From Chitinophagaceae bacterium (GTDB taxonomy: Bacteria > Bacteroidota > Bacteroidia > Chitinophagales > Chitinophagaceae), in contig JAEUVM010000194.1 of NCBI GenBank assembly GCA_016787125.1, positions 1 to 53,216 on the forward strand: a stretch of 53,216 nucleotides of DNA, given 5' to 3'. Position 1 is the first letter of the stretch, and every line of letters starts with the position of its first letter. Shown here piece after piece: positions 37,001-46,575 of this stretch. A model generated the notes under the pieces. That model was not told the origin of the DNA. It searched no databases and saw only the letters and a list, made by a program, of their open reading frames with translations. Made by a program: the position numbers and the translations under genes.

Positions 37001-37770
37001 TCAAGCACCCGCAAAAATGGTTTGCCTTCTTTGTATGCAAATTCAAACTTACCGGTAAGATCATCGCTCAAAGAATATCCATACGCCTCCAGTAGTTTAT
37101 TTTTTTCTTTATCCCAGTTTCGGATGCTGTCGAAATAATTGGCGCCGTAGGTATTCAGCAGTTGAAGAAAAACGATCACTTTAGGAAGACAAAGCGGGTG
37201 ATCATCATCCGGGTAATCACAACTAGTATCAAAATTTCGTTCTTCGTTTTTCCTGATCATCACTTTATACACCTGCCCCTCTAGTGTAACGGATGCCACT
37301 ACGGTTTCATTTTCTGCCAGTTCAATGCCGGCTTTGTTGGTCCGGAGAAAGTTTTCTGCATCTGTAAATACGTCTTGTGAAGAAAGCAGGCGCAGTGATT
37401 TCAGGTCAATGCTTTTCATTTTTGCCACGGTATGCCGCTGGTCGTACTTTACATTATCCGACTGCAGGTGGCCGCGGTCTATCATTTCCTGCAATTGGAA
37501 CAGGGCGGCCGCCTCATGGCGGCAGATATCCCCGAGATTATACGGACAGGCACAACGCAGTGACGTGGAGCGGGGGTCTTTGAATTTCTGTATATATACT
37601 TTGTAGTAAGTGGAGTAGCTGTCGTCTTTTACCCTGAATACGGCAGAGCCAAAAAGATCATCGTATTCCACCAGTTCCACAAAGCCGATCGCATGTATCT
37701 TTTTTCCTCTGCGGATCACTTCATCGGTTCCATGGGTATATACATATTTTACAAGGTGCGGTAAAGCCAT
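34009..37770 (-). CDS. SWIM zinc-finger SNF2-family helicase
   Basis: CACPYNLGDICRH (SWIM), GILADDMGLGKT, ILDESQ, SGTPLQN, SLKAGGVGLNLT, QAIDRTHRIGQ; start 37770 preferred. Confidence 0.95.
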   Translation of the reverse strand: MALPHLVKYVYTHGTDEVIRRGKKIHAIGFVELVEYDDLFGSAVFRVKDDSYSTYYKVYIQKFKDPRSTSLRCACPYNLGDICRHEAAALFQLQEMIDRGHLQSDNVKYDQRHTVAKMKSIDLKSLRLLSSQDVFTDAENFLRTNKAGIELAENETVVASVTLEGQVYKVMIRKNEERNFDTSCDYPDDDHPLCLPKVIVFLQLLNTYGANYFDSIRNWDKEKNKLLEAYGYSLSDDLTGKFEFAYKEGKPFLRVLDTSIKRVAPVATTPKPVLLPQKEKEAEPEPAVAAPPADTSHRLGVVFNFNKKGYPLFTVDVISGEINETGDAFAGKTEKLDISRYINTDNLPDNDKELLTSLRKLQETEINKYISRNSPFSGIWENIIHHEDDDLPGETKELMAEYLLPKLRKLFIELMGSPFVYLLKEGKAFKTNNLEPLQLQAEEAKPHFIIKKNSHYTVQCRVKAGPLEFDLGDNETATPLFFLYNNQAHLWKNNDVIHLVEKFLPEGKLSIPAEEWSGQLAGFIMPLAKEHQIDFDKALVQEVKDGNPEIKLFLLEKGEYLVFQPSFSYKGFETKTRDRDEVVVPMGDKVLVVHRNREKENEFIQKLQNLHSSFAYNEDTGTLALKGTDVLKNNWFFLFVDAMKDMKTPVFGFEALKNFRFNTAKPQTKIFISSNTDWFDARVDILFGDQKVTVAEVKRALANKQQFVQLNDGTLGILPEEWLKKYSLLFRVGEGKTDSLKLSRYHLSVVDELYETRDEEELVVKLEEKYENLRQFNQIKEIEPSDHLKRILRPYQVAGYQWLNYLKDIKWGGILADDMGLGKTVQALSFLEHFRKNEGRLKALVVCPTTLIYNWENEIKKFTPGLTYCIHHGGTRTRLTDDLTNHEVTITTYGTLRSDIKLLMSVAFDYVILDESQAIKNPASKVTKAACLLNAKNRLCMSGTPLQNNTFDIYAQMNFLNPGMLGTMEFFRQEFAIPIDKFGEQDRKEHLKKLLYPFILRRTKEQVAKDLPEKQEMILFCEMEEDQRNIYDAYRNDFRNQILGTIETQGIQKSQLTILQGLMKLRQICDSPAILNEQEKFDNHSIKLDELAREITENIGDHKALIFSQFLGMLALIRKKMDELGVKYEYFDGSTSAPDREKAIQNFQNEEEVRVFLISLKAGGVGLNLTAADYVYIVDPWWNPAVEQQAIDRTHRIGQTKNIFAYRMICKDTIEDKILQLQEKKRALAKDIISDDASFVKTLTREDVEYLFS

Positions 37771-37976
37771 AGATAAAAATTCCTGAAAACAAATTACAAA
37801 TCCCAAATGGGCAACCGGCAAATGTAAAAGAATGTGTTGCGGATTTCCTTGTAAAACGGGATAAATAATAAATAATTTTTAATCCCTGCAGCTAAGGAAA
37901 AATTGAAGTATCTTAGAAGGTTTTTTTGGTGTTGTCTGTTCTCTTTAACAGCCCCCTGCTCACATCTATTTTTTTA

Positions 37977-38702
37977 TTATTGCGCCACCAGTTTCCCATC
38001 ATTATACAGCGGCAGCACATTCGCCAGGTCGGGAGTAAGACAAAACTTTATATCCTCAATCAATCCAAACCTCTCCACCAGCCGGTGATAGTGTGTAAGC
38101 TTTGGTGCAAACTCCACCAGCTTGTTCTTATTCTTTGCATACATCGTTTCTGCCATCAGCGAGCTATCGCAATGAACCGTAAAATGTTTGGCCACCCTGT
38201 GTATCACTGCACCTGCAAACAGGGTGTCTTCCAGGTTGAAGCGGTCCTTCCAGCCGGCACAGCCCAGCACCACATTCTTTTTTTCTGATAAAATAAAATC
38301 GCATACGGCCGAAAGATTGGGAAATGATCCGGAGATGATCGTATCAGCATTTCTATCAAGTGCCATCTGCAGCAGCCGGGTGCCATTAGTGGTGGTGAGC
38401 ACCAGCGTTTTGTTTTCAATAAAATCCCGGGTGTATTCCAATGGCGAGTTGCCGTGCTGCAAACCCTCGGCTATCATACCATCTCTTTCACCTGCGGCAA
38501 TACCGCCAATATTCTTACTGATCTCTATGGCTTTCGGCACTGAATCTACCGGTATCACACACCGGGCGCCATTGTGCAGGGCAGAGGCAATGGTGGATGT
38601 GGCCCTGAATACATCAATGATCACAACAATGCTGTTGCTCAAATCATACAAATGCAGGAGAGCGGGTGACAACGATGTAAACAGGGTGGGCTTATTACTC
38701 AT
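37977..38702 (-). CDS. comB: 2-phosphosulfolactate phosphatase family protein
   Basis: VVIIDVFRATSTI, AGERDG, GNSPLE, LTTTNGT, EDTLFAG; start 38702 preferred. Confidence 0.88.
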   Translation of the reverse strand: MSNKPTLFTSLSPALLHLYDLSNSIVVIIDVFRATSTIASALHNGARCVIPVDSVPKAIEISKNIGGIAAGERDGMIAEGLQHGNSPLEYTRDFIENKTLVLTTTNGTRLLQMALDRNADTIISGSFPNLSAVCDFILSEKKNVVLGCAGWKDRFNLEDTLFAGAVIHRVAKHFTVHCDSSLMAETMYAKNKNKLVEFAPKLTHYHRLVERFGLIEDIKFCLTPDLANVLPLYNDGKLVAQ

Positions 38703-38737
38703 ACGGCTGCAAAAATAAAGCAACCGGCTTAAACCAT

Positions 38738-39214
38738 TTATACAGAAAGCACCTTCTTCCAACGGTCACTTTCTGCCGTTTCTTTAATAAAGCGGTTGCG
38801 CTGCTCCAGCAGGCGGCGGAGGTATTTGTTGAGATAGAGGCTGTTTAACCAATTACCAAGTATTCCATACGGAGCTTCAAAATGAAAAAGATCGATCATG
38901 ATGGTTCCGTTGTCGCAGGGCTTGAAATAATGTTCGTGCCGCATCATCTTAAAATCTCCTTCTGCCTGTTCATCGATGAAGCTGGCATTTTTTTCCATGG
39001 CTGTGATGCGTACACGCAATAGTCTTTTTTTAAAGAGGTGTTTTGCCTGCCAGGTGATGGTATCGTCTTTTTCTATCAGCCCAAACCGGGTGCCTGCCAC
39101 CGCTTCTTCATTATACTTCGACATGGATTCTTTATGTACTCCCACATGGCGGCTCAGATCAAACACCACCTGCGCCGGCGCAGCAATAAAAGTAGTAAGG
39201 TGAATAGTTGGCAT
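38738..39214 (-). CDS. SRPBCC family protein
   Basis: IHLTTFIAAPAQVVFDLSR, ITWQAKHL, FIDEQAEGDF, HEHYF. Confidence 0.88.
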   Translation of the reverse strand: MPTIHLTTFIAAPAQVVFDLSRHVGVHKESMSKYNEEAVAGTRFGLIEKDDTITWQAKHLFKKRLLRVRITAMEKNASFIDEQAEGDFKMMRHEHYFKPCDNGTIMIDLFHFEAPYGILGNWLNSLYLNKYLRRLLEQRNRFIKETAESDRWKKVLSV

Positions 39215-39223
39215 TGGATGAAA

Positions 39224-39251
39224 TATGACGTAAGAAGTATGAGGTAAGAAG
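39224..39251 (+). repeat. Short heptamer-based tandem repeat
   Basis: TATGACG TAAGAAG TATGAGG TAAGAAG. Confidence 0.6.
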
Positions 39252-39311
39252 CGGGAAAGTGTTCAGCTTCCAGGTTTCCTTTTGCCGCTTTTCAGCTTCC
39301 TTCTTCAAATA

Positions 39312-40403
39312 TCATGCAAAGGGTATCTTGGCTACTCTTGCCTGCAGGAGTTTGTCCCTTACCTTAACGTAAATCTCCGAACCTATAGCAGCAAAGGGCG
39401 TCCGTACATATCCCATGCCGATTGCTTTACCAAGGCTGGGTGATTGGGTACCGGAGGTAACATGACCGATCGTTTCGCCGGCATAATCTTTTATTTCATA
39501 ACCATGTCTTGGTATTCCTTTTTCGATCATTTCAAAGCCTACAAGCTTTTTCTCCACGCCTTCTTTTTTCTGTGTTTCAAATAATTCACGGGAGGTAAAG
39601 TCTTTGGTAAACTTAGTGATCCAGCCCAGCCCGGCTTCCATCGGCGAGGTGCTATCGTCTATATCATTACCATAAAGACAAAAACCCATTTCCAGCCGCA
39701 GCGTATCTCTTGCTCCAAGGCCTATCGGTTTTAAACCCTGCGGACCGCCTGTTGCAAAAATGGCATCCCATATTTTATCCGCGGCTCCATCCTTATCCTC
39801 GAAGTAAATTTCCACGCCCCCTGCACCGGTATAACCTGTAGCGCTTACCAGCACATTTTCCACACCGGCAAAAACTCCTTTGGTAAAAGTGTAATACTTC
39901 AGGTTGATGATATCCATTTCCGTCAGTGACTGCAGTATTTTGGTGGCGTTCGGGCCTTGTATGGCCAGCAGGCAGGTTTTGTCTGAAATGTTGTGCATTT
40001 CAACACCCTTTGTATTGTGATGATGGATCCAATTCCAGTCTTTCTCAATATTAGATGCATTGACCACCAGCATATACACTTTGTTTTCTTCAATGCAATA
40101 CACAAGCAGGTCGTCTACAATGCCACCTTCCTTATTGGGCAGGCAGCTGTACTGCGCCTGTCCGGCTTTCAGTTTGGCCGCATCATTGCTGGTAACCCGC
40201 TGAATAAGATCAAGCGCTTGATCCCCTTTCAAAATAAATTCACCCATATGACTTACATCAAACACACCCGCATTCCTTCTTACCGCAGCATGTTCTTCAT
40301 TAATGCCGCTGTAAGAAATAGGCATATTATAACCGGCGAAGGCCGCCATTTTGGCACCAAGGGCAATATGTTTTTCGGTAAAAGGAGTATTTTTTATAGT
40401 CAT
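39312..40403 (-). CDS. gcvT: Glycine cleavage system aminomethyltransferase T
   Basis: [48 protein letters not shown]; start 40403 preferred. Confidence 0.97.
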   Translation of the reverse strand: MTIKNTPFTEKHIALGAKMAAFAGYNMPISYSGINEEHAAVRRNAGVFDVSHMGEFILKGDQALDLIQRVTSNDAAKLKAGQAQYSCLPNKEGGIVDDLLVYCIEENKVYMLVVNASNIEKDWNWIHHHNTKGVEMHNISDKTCLLAIQGPNATKILQSLTEMDIINLKYYTFTKGVFAGVENVLVSATGYTGAGGVEIYFEDKDGAADKIWDAIFATGGPQGLKPIGLGARDTLRLEMGFCLYGNDIDDSTSPMEAGLGWITKFTKDFTSRELFETQKKEGVEKKLVGFEMIEKGIPRHGYEIKDYAGETIGHVTSGTQSPSLGKAIGMGYVRTPFAAIGSEIYVKVRDKLLQARVAKIPFA

Positions 40404-40482
40404 ACAGCAAACCGGTATTAAGGTGAGCAAAGGTAAGTGATGGGGATGATTTTATTCCGCTGATACGCTTTTGGTGTCATAT

Positions 40483-40517
40483 AAAAGAAACGGCTCCTTT
40501 TCAGGGGAGCCGTTTTT
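40483..40517. terminator. Intrinsic terminator after pspC
   Basis: AAACGGCTCC / GGAGCCGTTT 10-bp stem with A/T runs on both sides. Confidence 0.8.
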
Positions 40518-40559
40518 CATTCCTGTGCCGGTGAGCCGGCCGGAACTTCAACCAAGTAA

Positions 40560-42800
40560 TTAAAACCATTCCACCAGTGGCGAAACCGGTGAGGGGCCGC
40601 CGGCGAATGTTTCCTGCCTTTTTTCCGGTATTTGCTTTTTAATTATAACAGCCTTCCCGTTCTTCAGCTTTTGTTCGAGTTCCTTTATCTTCTTTTCGCT
40701 TTCCTCTTCCTCTTTTTTACGCTGTTCTTTCTGCTTTTTTATTTCGTCTATCTGCTGTTGCAGGCTGGCTGAGTCTGTTTTTGCCGGCCCATCGGGACTG
40801 TACTTATAGTCATTGCCGGGGTTTGCAGCGGCTGGTGCATTCTCATCTTTTAGCTGGCCATCAGCACCCATCACATAGTCCACACCGGTGCGGTAACGAA
40901 ACTCGTCCTTCTCACTTTTAATCTCAATACCTGCGGTACGGTTGATACGGCGGCCTCTCATAATACTTATCTGGATCGAGTTCAGTTTTTCTTTTACCGA
41001 TTCATCAAAGCGTATTTTTTTACCTACCGGTACCTGGATCTCCAGTTCCACATTCTGTCCGCGGAATTTGCTGTCTTTATCAATGGAATAACCGTTGGCA
41101 AGATCAAGTATGCTGTCTTTGGAGAAAACAGCGTACTGTATTTTTCCTGCACGGGTTCTGGCCTCGTCATTCGTTCTGCCGCAGCTTGATTTTTTTACCG
41201 TTACATAGTACTTATCATCCAGGTTAGGGCTTGCCACCACAGTTATTCTTACTGATGCAAGCGACAAGGTGTCGTCGGTCAGGTTCCAGCCATTACCATC
41301 ATCATCGAGCCAGCCGAAGTTGCCATTATATTCCAATTCAGGCTGAGTTACTGTTACGATCATCCGGTTGCCGGCGGGTTGTGCCACCGAAACGGTTTCA
41401 TCAATCGTTTCATACTGACGGAAATCTTTTGTAATGCTTGATATAAAAAGTATGAGGCAAATCCAGCCGATGGTCCACAAGGCGCCAAAACTCCAGCCGA
41501 GGTAATTGCCTTTTGATTTTGCTTTTGCGATCCGGCGCACCACCCAGGTAATAAAGGCCACCAGCGGCACCACCAGGAAGAAGATCAGCGTACCCCAGGC
41601 AAACAACTGCTGCCATTTGCTTGTCCACAGAAAATTATTGATCGGCCACCAGGCTATGCCGCCAAATAAAAGGGCGATCAGTCCAACGAATAAACCGAAG
41701 GCTATTGTGCCGGCAATAAAGAGTACAAATGCCTTGAAGAGCACGCCAATGGCATGACCAATACCGCTGCCGCTCCGCTTAAACGTTTCATTTACTTCTG
41801 AGGCAAAGGCCTTACCACGGGTGTTTGAAAATTCCCGGGCCTTGTCTGATACGTTTTTAGCAGAGGTCTTCACTTCTTCTGTCCAGCCCTTCATTCTTTC
41901 CTTCATATTATCAATGCCTTCTTTCACATTCTGGCGGATACGGTTTACATCCACTTTTTCTCCCCGCATTTCCATTTTCTGGTACTCGCTGTTTGCTTCG
42001 GGCAATACGATCCATAATATAACATAGATAAGGATGAAGGTGCCGGTAAGTGAACCAAAGCCGATGTTGATCGCTATATCAAAATCATAATACCAGCGAA
42101 AGCCATTGATGATACCCACCAGGATGCTCAGCATCAGCGGTGCGGCAAATATGAGCCGGATAGTAGTGGCGCTGCGGCCAAAATAGGCAGCCAGACCACC
42201 CGCCACACCGCCGAGCATATTATCGTCGGGGTTTCTGTACAATCTTTTACCGGTGTATCCCTCCAGGTCTTTGGGTGGTAATATAGCCCACAGCACCAGG
42301 TAGATCAGGAAACCGAGACCAAAACCGCCAAATGTAATGATGGCAAAAAGTATCCTTACAATTGCCGGGTCTACATTCATGTATGAGGCGATACCACTGC
42401 ACACACCACCAATGAATTTATCACCGGTATCACGGTACAGGCGGCCACGGGATTTCTTTTCGGCATAAGTGAAGTTGGGCTGGTAGCCGGCATCTGTATT
42501 TTTCGTGCTGGGTTGTTCGGAAGCATCTGATGCGGCTTCTGCTTCAAAATCTTCCACGCGGCCCATGGAAGCGATCACTTCTTCCACATCGGCATCTGTT
42601 GCTGCTTCGGCGCCTTTGCGCACTTTTTCATGCAGCAGTTCGGCAATGCGGCTTTCTATATCATTGATGATCTCGTCACGGCCTTCTTCATTGACGAAAT
42701 AGCGGCGCAAACTTTCAATATAAGCCTGGAGAGATTCGTAGGCAGAATCTTCAATAGGTATTACCCTTCCACTAAGATTGATGTTAATGATCTTTTTCAT
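40560..42800 (-). CDS. PspC domain-containing membrane protein (two PspC repeats)
   Basis: MKKIININLSG...DIESRIAELL; RLYRDTGDKFIGGVCSGIA and RLYRNPDDNMLGGVAGGLA; several TMs; large C-terminal exported domain. Confidence 0.92.
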   Translation of the reverse strand: MKKIININLSGRVIPIEDSAYESLQAYIESLRRYFVNEEGRDEIINDIESRIAELLHEKVRKGAEAATDADVEEVIASMGRVEDFEAEAASDASEQPSTKNTDAGYQPNFTYAEKKSRGRLYRDTGDKFIGGVCSGIASYMNVDPAIVRILFAIITFGGFGLGFLIYLVLWAILPPKDLEGYTGKRLYRNPDDNMLGGVAGGLAAYFGRSATTIRLIFAAPLMLSILVGIINGFRWYYDFDIAINIGFGSLTGTFILIYVILWIVLPEANSEYQKMEMRGEKVDVNRIRQNVKEGIDNMKERMKGWTEEVKTSAKNVSDKAREFSNTRGKAFASEVNETFKRSGSGIGHAIGVLFKAFVLFIAGTIAFGLFVGLIALLFGGIAWWPINNFLWTSKWQQLFAWGTLIFFLVVPLVAFITWVVRRIAKAKSKGNYLGWSFGALWTIGWICLILFISSITKDFRQYETIDETVSVAQPAGNRMIVTVTQPELEYNGNFGWLDDDGNGWNLTDDTLSLASVRITVVASPNLDDKYYVTVKKSSCGRTNDEARTRAGKIQYAVFSKDSILDLANGYSIDKDSKFRGQNVELEIQVPVGKKIRFDESVKEKLNSIQISIMRGRRINRTAGIEIKSEKDEFRYRTGVDYVMGADGQLKDENAPAAANPGNDYKYSPDGPAKTDSASLQQQIDEIKKQKEQRKKEEEESEKKIKELEQKLKNGKAVIIKKQIPEKRQETFAGGPSPVSPLVEWF

Positions 42801-42843
42801 AAAAAATGTATTGGTTGAAGCCTCTTGTTTTACCAGGAGGATG

Positions 42844-43197
42844 TTATTGATTGGTTAGTGGTTCATCAGGTCGTTTGCTGGCCAGGGCATTTACCCCGTT
42901 CGATAGTTCATTCCAAGTTTGCTCCAGCTCTTTATAAAAGGTTTCGCCTTTTTCGGTGAGTGAAAAATATTTCCGGGGAGGGCCGGAGTTGCTTTCCACC
43001 CAGCGGTAGGTAAGCATATCCGCATTTTTCAGTCGTGTAAGCAGCGGATACAGGGTTCCTTCCAGTATCTGCAGGTTGGCCGCCCGCATTTCTTCCACAA
43101 TGTCACTGGGGTAGGCTTCTCCACGGCGGATGATAGACAGGATACAAAACTCCAGTATTCCCTTCCTCATCTGGCTCTGTGTATTCTCGATATTCAT
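42844..43197 (-). CDS. PadR family transcriptional regulator
   Basis: QMRKGILEFCIL, EGTLYPLLTRL, GPPRKYFSLTEKG. Confidence 0.95.
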   Translation of the reverse strand: MNIENTQSQMRKGILEFCILSIIRRGEAYPSDIVEEMRAANLQILEGTLYPLLTRLKNADMLTYRWVESNSGPPRKYFSLTEKGETFYKELEQTWNELSNGVNALASKRPDEPLTNQ

Positions 43198-43236
43198 AAA
43201 GCACTATTTATAATGTGATCTCTTTGTTTTTATTTT

Positions 43237-43698
43237 TTAATGTCCAAAACTCACCACCCGTGCTATTTTCCATACACCCTCTTTCTGCTGCCATATATGG
43301 ATGAACTGAAAAGTGCCGCAAATCATTTTCCCGTTTTCTGTATGGCAAAACCGGTGTTCTCCTTTTTGAATAGCGCCGTATCCGGGCACCGGGTACACTT
43401 CCAGGCTGCCGCTGACAAGCTCCCGCTTCAGGTCATTTCCTGGCTGTGCCACCGAACGCATAAAATCAACCGTATGCTTATACCCTGTCAGGCCGCCCTG
43501 GTCGTGAAAAAATTCGAGGTCTTCGGTAAACATGGATTTGAACAAACCCGTGTCCCGTGTATTAAATGCATTGAATAAAAGACTGTCCTGGGTTTTTATC
43601 TCTTTATACAGTCCCTCCGCAGGCATTGCGGACTGAGCGCCGGCTTCAATTCCTGTTGCCAGGCAGGTAAAGAGTAATATCAGCGGATACAGTTTCAT
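43237..43698 (-). CDS. Exported NTF2-like (DUF4440) protein
   Basis: Signal peptide; DSLLFNAFN, DLEFFHDQGG, RELVSGSLEVYP, GTFQFIHIW, WKIARVVSFGH. Confidence 0.88.
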   Translation of the reverse strand: MKLYPLILLFTCLATGIEAGAQSAMPAEGLYKEIKTQDSLLFNAFNTRDTGLFKSMFTEDLEFFHDQGGLTGYKHTVDFMRSVAQPGNDLKRELVSGSLEVYPVPGYGAIQKGEHRFCHTENGKMICGTFQFIHIWQQKEGVWKIARVVSFGH

Positions 43699-43732
43699 TT
43701 CTCGTTTGTTGACACAAAGATAGGGTGATGTT

Positions 43733-43757
43733 TGGTACTATGCAAACTATAGTACCA
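43733..43757. promoter_or_regulatory. Palindromic operator, likely PadR site
   Basis: TGGTACTAT-N7-ATAGTACCA perfect 9-bp inverted repeat just upstream of the minus-strand -7 box TATCTTTG (43722-43715). Confidence 0.7.
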
Positions 43758-43926
43758 TATTTTTTAGGCTATCTGGCAATTTAGACAAGACGTTTTCTTT
43801 ATTAAACATTGAAAGCCAATGCATTTACGGGGAAATTTGGCAGCGGCATATTACTGGTCGATTTTGAAGGGCGGTTAATTTCCCGGATAAATGCAGCATT
43901 TCCGGCCTTTTGTTTTACTTCGTTTT

Positions 43927-44949
43927 ATGAACCGGCTCCACTTTTCCACCTTTCTTGTTCTCACCCTGTTCTTATTTTCCTGCTCGCCCGGATACCTGGC
44001 TTTTAAGAAAAACTACCCTTTCCGGAGCACTGATGGCCGGCCCGGTTATGCCCAACTTGACTATTGGGCAGCCCATCCCTGGAAACATGATCCTTCAGAC
44101 AGTGTGCCCGCCCCGCTTAGTGGTGAATGGAGAGATTCGGTAGCCGATGTTTTCTTTTTGCACCCCACCACCTACACAGAAGAATTGAAAGAACAAAATG
44201 CGGCTATTGATGATGAAATGCTGAATGCAAAAACTGATTATACCACCATTCTCTACCAGGCAAGTGTGTTCAATAAAGAGTGCCGCATATTTGCACCCCG
44301 CTACCGGCAGGCACATATCAAGACCTTCTTCATGCCTGATAGCGTGAAAGCCGCTGAAGCTTTTAACCTGGCGTACAGCGATCTGAAAAACGCATTTGAT
44401 TATTACCTGCAGCACTGGAACAACAACCGTCCCATCATTATTGCCGGGCACAGCCAGGGCAGCCTGCTGGCAGAAAGATTGCTGAAAGAATATTTTGATG
44501 GAAAACCATTGCAGCGCAAACTGATCGTTGCCTATATAGTAGGCTGGCCGGTGGCGCCCGGTTATTTCCGTGAATTGAAAATGTGCGAAGACTCCCTTCA
44601 AACCGGGTGCCTTTGCAGTTGGCGCACTTTCCGGAAGAATTATATTCCTTCCTGGCTGAAGGAAGACAGCAGGGCCGCTTATGTTACCAATCCGCTAAGC
44701 TGGACCACCCATGCCGATTTTATCTCCCGCAGCTTCAACAAAGGCAGCATTCTGAAAAATTTCAATAAAATATATAAGCATACCACCGACGCCGGCATAA
44801 GCAATGGCGTGGTGTACACCCGTAAGCCTGTTTTTCCCTGGAGCTTTTTGTACATGACGAAGAACTATCATGTGGGTGATATCAACCTGTATTACATTAA
44901 CCTTCGGGAAAATATCAGCCGACGCATTGCTATGTACTGGAAGCAATGA
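43927..44949 (+). CDS. DUF3089 alpha/beta-hydrolase lipoprotein
   Basis: Lipobox LFSC; DVFFLHPTTY, QASVF, APRYRQA, AGHSQGS (GxSxG), NYHVGD; start 43927 or 43891. Confidence 0.88.
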   Translation: MNRLHFSTFLVLTLFLFSCSPGYLAFKKNYPFRSTDGRPGYAQLDYWAAHPWKHDPSDSVPAPLSGEWRDSVADVFFLHPTTYTEELKEQNAAIDDEMLNAKTDYTTILYQASVFNKECRIFAPRYRQAHIKTFFMPDSVKAAEAFNLAYSDLKNAFDYYLQHWNNNRPIIIAGHSQGSLLAERLLKEYFDGKPLQRKLIVAYIVGWPVAPGYFRELKMCEDSLQTGCLCSWRTFRKNYIPSWLKEDSRAAYVTNPLSWTTHADFISRSFNKGSILKNFNKIYKHTTDAGISNGVVYTRKPVFPWSFLYMTKNYHVGDINLYYINLRENISRRIAMYWKQ

Positions 44950-46575
44950 TCATGGTTTCGGATCGAGCCGCCGGACCTGCAAACAACCGAACGCAGTAAT
45001 CGGAGCAGACAGCACGGCCGGATACTTTCCGTTTTCTAATGCCGGTAATGGTTTACCAAGTAAAAAGACCCGCTTATCATACACCATGGCGCTGTCCAGG
45101 TTGGTGATGCCAAAGCGATCCGTTGTTTTTCTGTAAGTAAAGGTGATCAGCCTGTCTTTATACAACAGGTTGTGAACGGGATGCTGAGAAGGCGTTTGCC
45201 AGATGGGTATATAGTTTACCGGGAAATAATCATCCGTGGCAATAAAAAGCTTATCGCCATTCCGGTTCAGTTCCGATAATGCACAGGCAAATTTTTCTTT
45301 TCGGTCAATGTTGACTTCATTCTCCTTGTAAATACGATAGCCCATCCATAAAGACAGCAACAGGAAAAAAGCAGTGGCCAGGAGCGGCTTGACTTTTCCT
45401 GTAATGAAACTATGAAGATCATTAACCTGTAATGCCAGTGAAACCAAGAGTATCATCAGCATACCGAGGTGCAGCGGCATCGTGATCTTCATAAACAAAA
45501 ACAGGTACACATGAATGGCTATATAGGCTGATAAAGAAAGCAACCACTTATATACAGCTTTTCGCTGACCTGCAAGCAACAAGAGTATGACCGCCGCTGC
45601 AAACAACAACAGATAGATCCGCATTTCAATAAAGAACCAGTACAAACCGTTGAGATCATTCTTATTGGTGATGCTCCTGTTACGGGTGATCTGTGTTGAT
45701 ATCTTCTTTATTTTTCCTTCGTTGAAACGGGTTGTATCATACAAAAAGCCGGCACCAAAGAGGGCCTGCTCAGTGCTATCGGTGAAGGCGCCCGCCGGAA
45801 TGGTTTCTTTCAACTGTTTATTATATGTATAAAACAGGTTTTGCCGGTACTGTTCCTGTTGCTTCCAGCCGGGTATATGTCGCTGGTAAAATTGCTGATG
45901 AAAACGGTTCATAACAAACAGCATTACTACAACGGCAACAATAAAAACACCATAACGGATCAGTTGCTGACGGTTCAAAACAGTGATAACCACCGGCACG
46001 AACAGCATCAGTACCAGCCAGGCCACTTCGAGGCGGAGCAAACCTGCCAGCAATAAGACAAACAATGCAAGGAAACTGTTTCCACTCATTATTTTGTTTC
46101 TGCTCAACTGGTGAACCAGCAGGCTGAGTGCACCGGTGCCCGCTACTATCGCAGCACCGGTAAAAGTGAGGGAGAGCAGTTGTCTTGTTTCTATAAATAG
46201 CAGGAGCGACACGTAGAAAACAATGGCGGTTACAAACGGCATCCGCTCCAGCAACACATAAAAAATACATACCAGTCCCGCTAAGTGAATACTCAGTAAA
46301 AAAACAGTATACCAGTTTACTCCTGGTGCTATGTCAAACAATCCGCTAACCACCCATCCCAACACAGGATGCCAAATATTATTGTACTGCAGCAGGTTTG
46401 TCGGGCCTTCCCCATATCCGCCGGCCAACGTATACATTATATAAGTATCGTCGCCAGAATTGAGCAAGGGTGTGGCAACGATGTTGAATAAAAGAAAGAA
46501 CAAACCCGTTGCCAGGATAGAAAAGCGCCAGGGGTGCCCATTCATTATCTCTATAATCGGCTTCATCCTGCTCAT
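44950..46575 (-). CDS. Multi-pass membrane protein, possible GT-C-fold glycosyltransferase/modifier
   Basis: Many TM segments; acidic pair (SGDD) after the first TM; ATGA overlap with the upstream gene. Confidence 0.6.
   Translation of the reverse strand: MSRMKPIIEIMNGHPWRFSILATGLFFLLFNIVATPLLNSGDDTYIMYTLAGGYGEGPTNLLQYNNIWHPVLGWVVSGLFDIAPGVNWYTVFLLSIHLAGLVCIFYVLLERMPFVTAIVFYVSLLLFIETRQLLSLTFTGAAIVAGTGALSLLVHQLSRNKIMSGNSFLALFVLLLAGLLRLEVAWLVLMLFVPVVITVLNRQQLIRYGVFIVAVVVMLFVMNRFHQQFYQRHIPGWKQQEQYRQNLFYTYNKQLKETIPAGAFTDSTEQALFGAGFLYDTTRFNEGKIKKISTQITRNRSITNKNDLNGLYWFFIEMRIYLLLFAAAVILLLLAGQRKAVYKWLLSLSAYIAIHVYLFLFMKITMPLHLGMLMILLVSLALQVNDLHSFITGKVKPLLATAFFLLLSLWMGYRIYKENEVNIDRKEKFACALSELNRNGDKLFIATDDYFPVNYIPIWQTPSQHPVHNLLYKDRLITFTYRKTTDRFGITNLDSAMVYDKRVFLLGKPLPALENGKYPAVLSAPITAFGCLQVRRLDPKP

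Noticed and set aside
34009-37770. SNF2 helicase as an anti-phage defence system
   Set aside because: It is the common stand-alone SWIM-SNF2 among housekeeping genes, with no methylase, nuclease or other defence partners adjacent.
37977-38702. comB as evidence of coenzyme M biosynthesis
   Set aside because: ComB-family phosphatases are widespread in bacteria, and no comA/C/D/E is present here.
40404-40559. Glycine riboswitch upstream of gcvT
   Set aside because: No aptamer motifs are seen; a -7 box (minus TACCTTTG near 40428-40435) lies only ~25 nt from the start, and the nearby hairpin is the pspC terminator.
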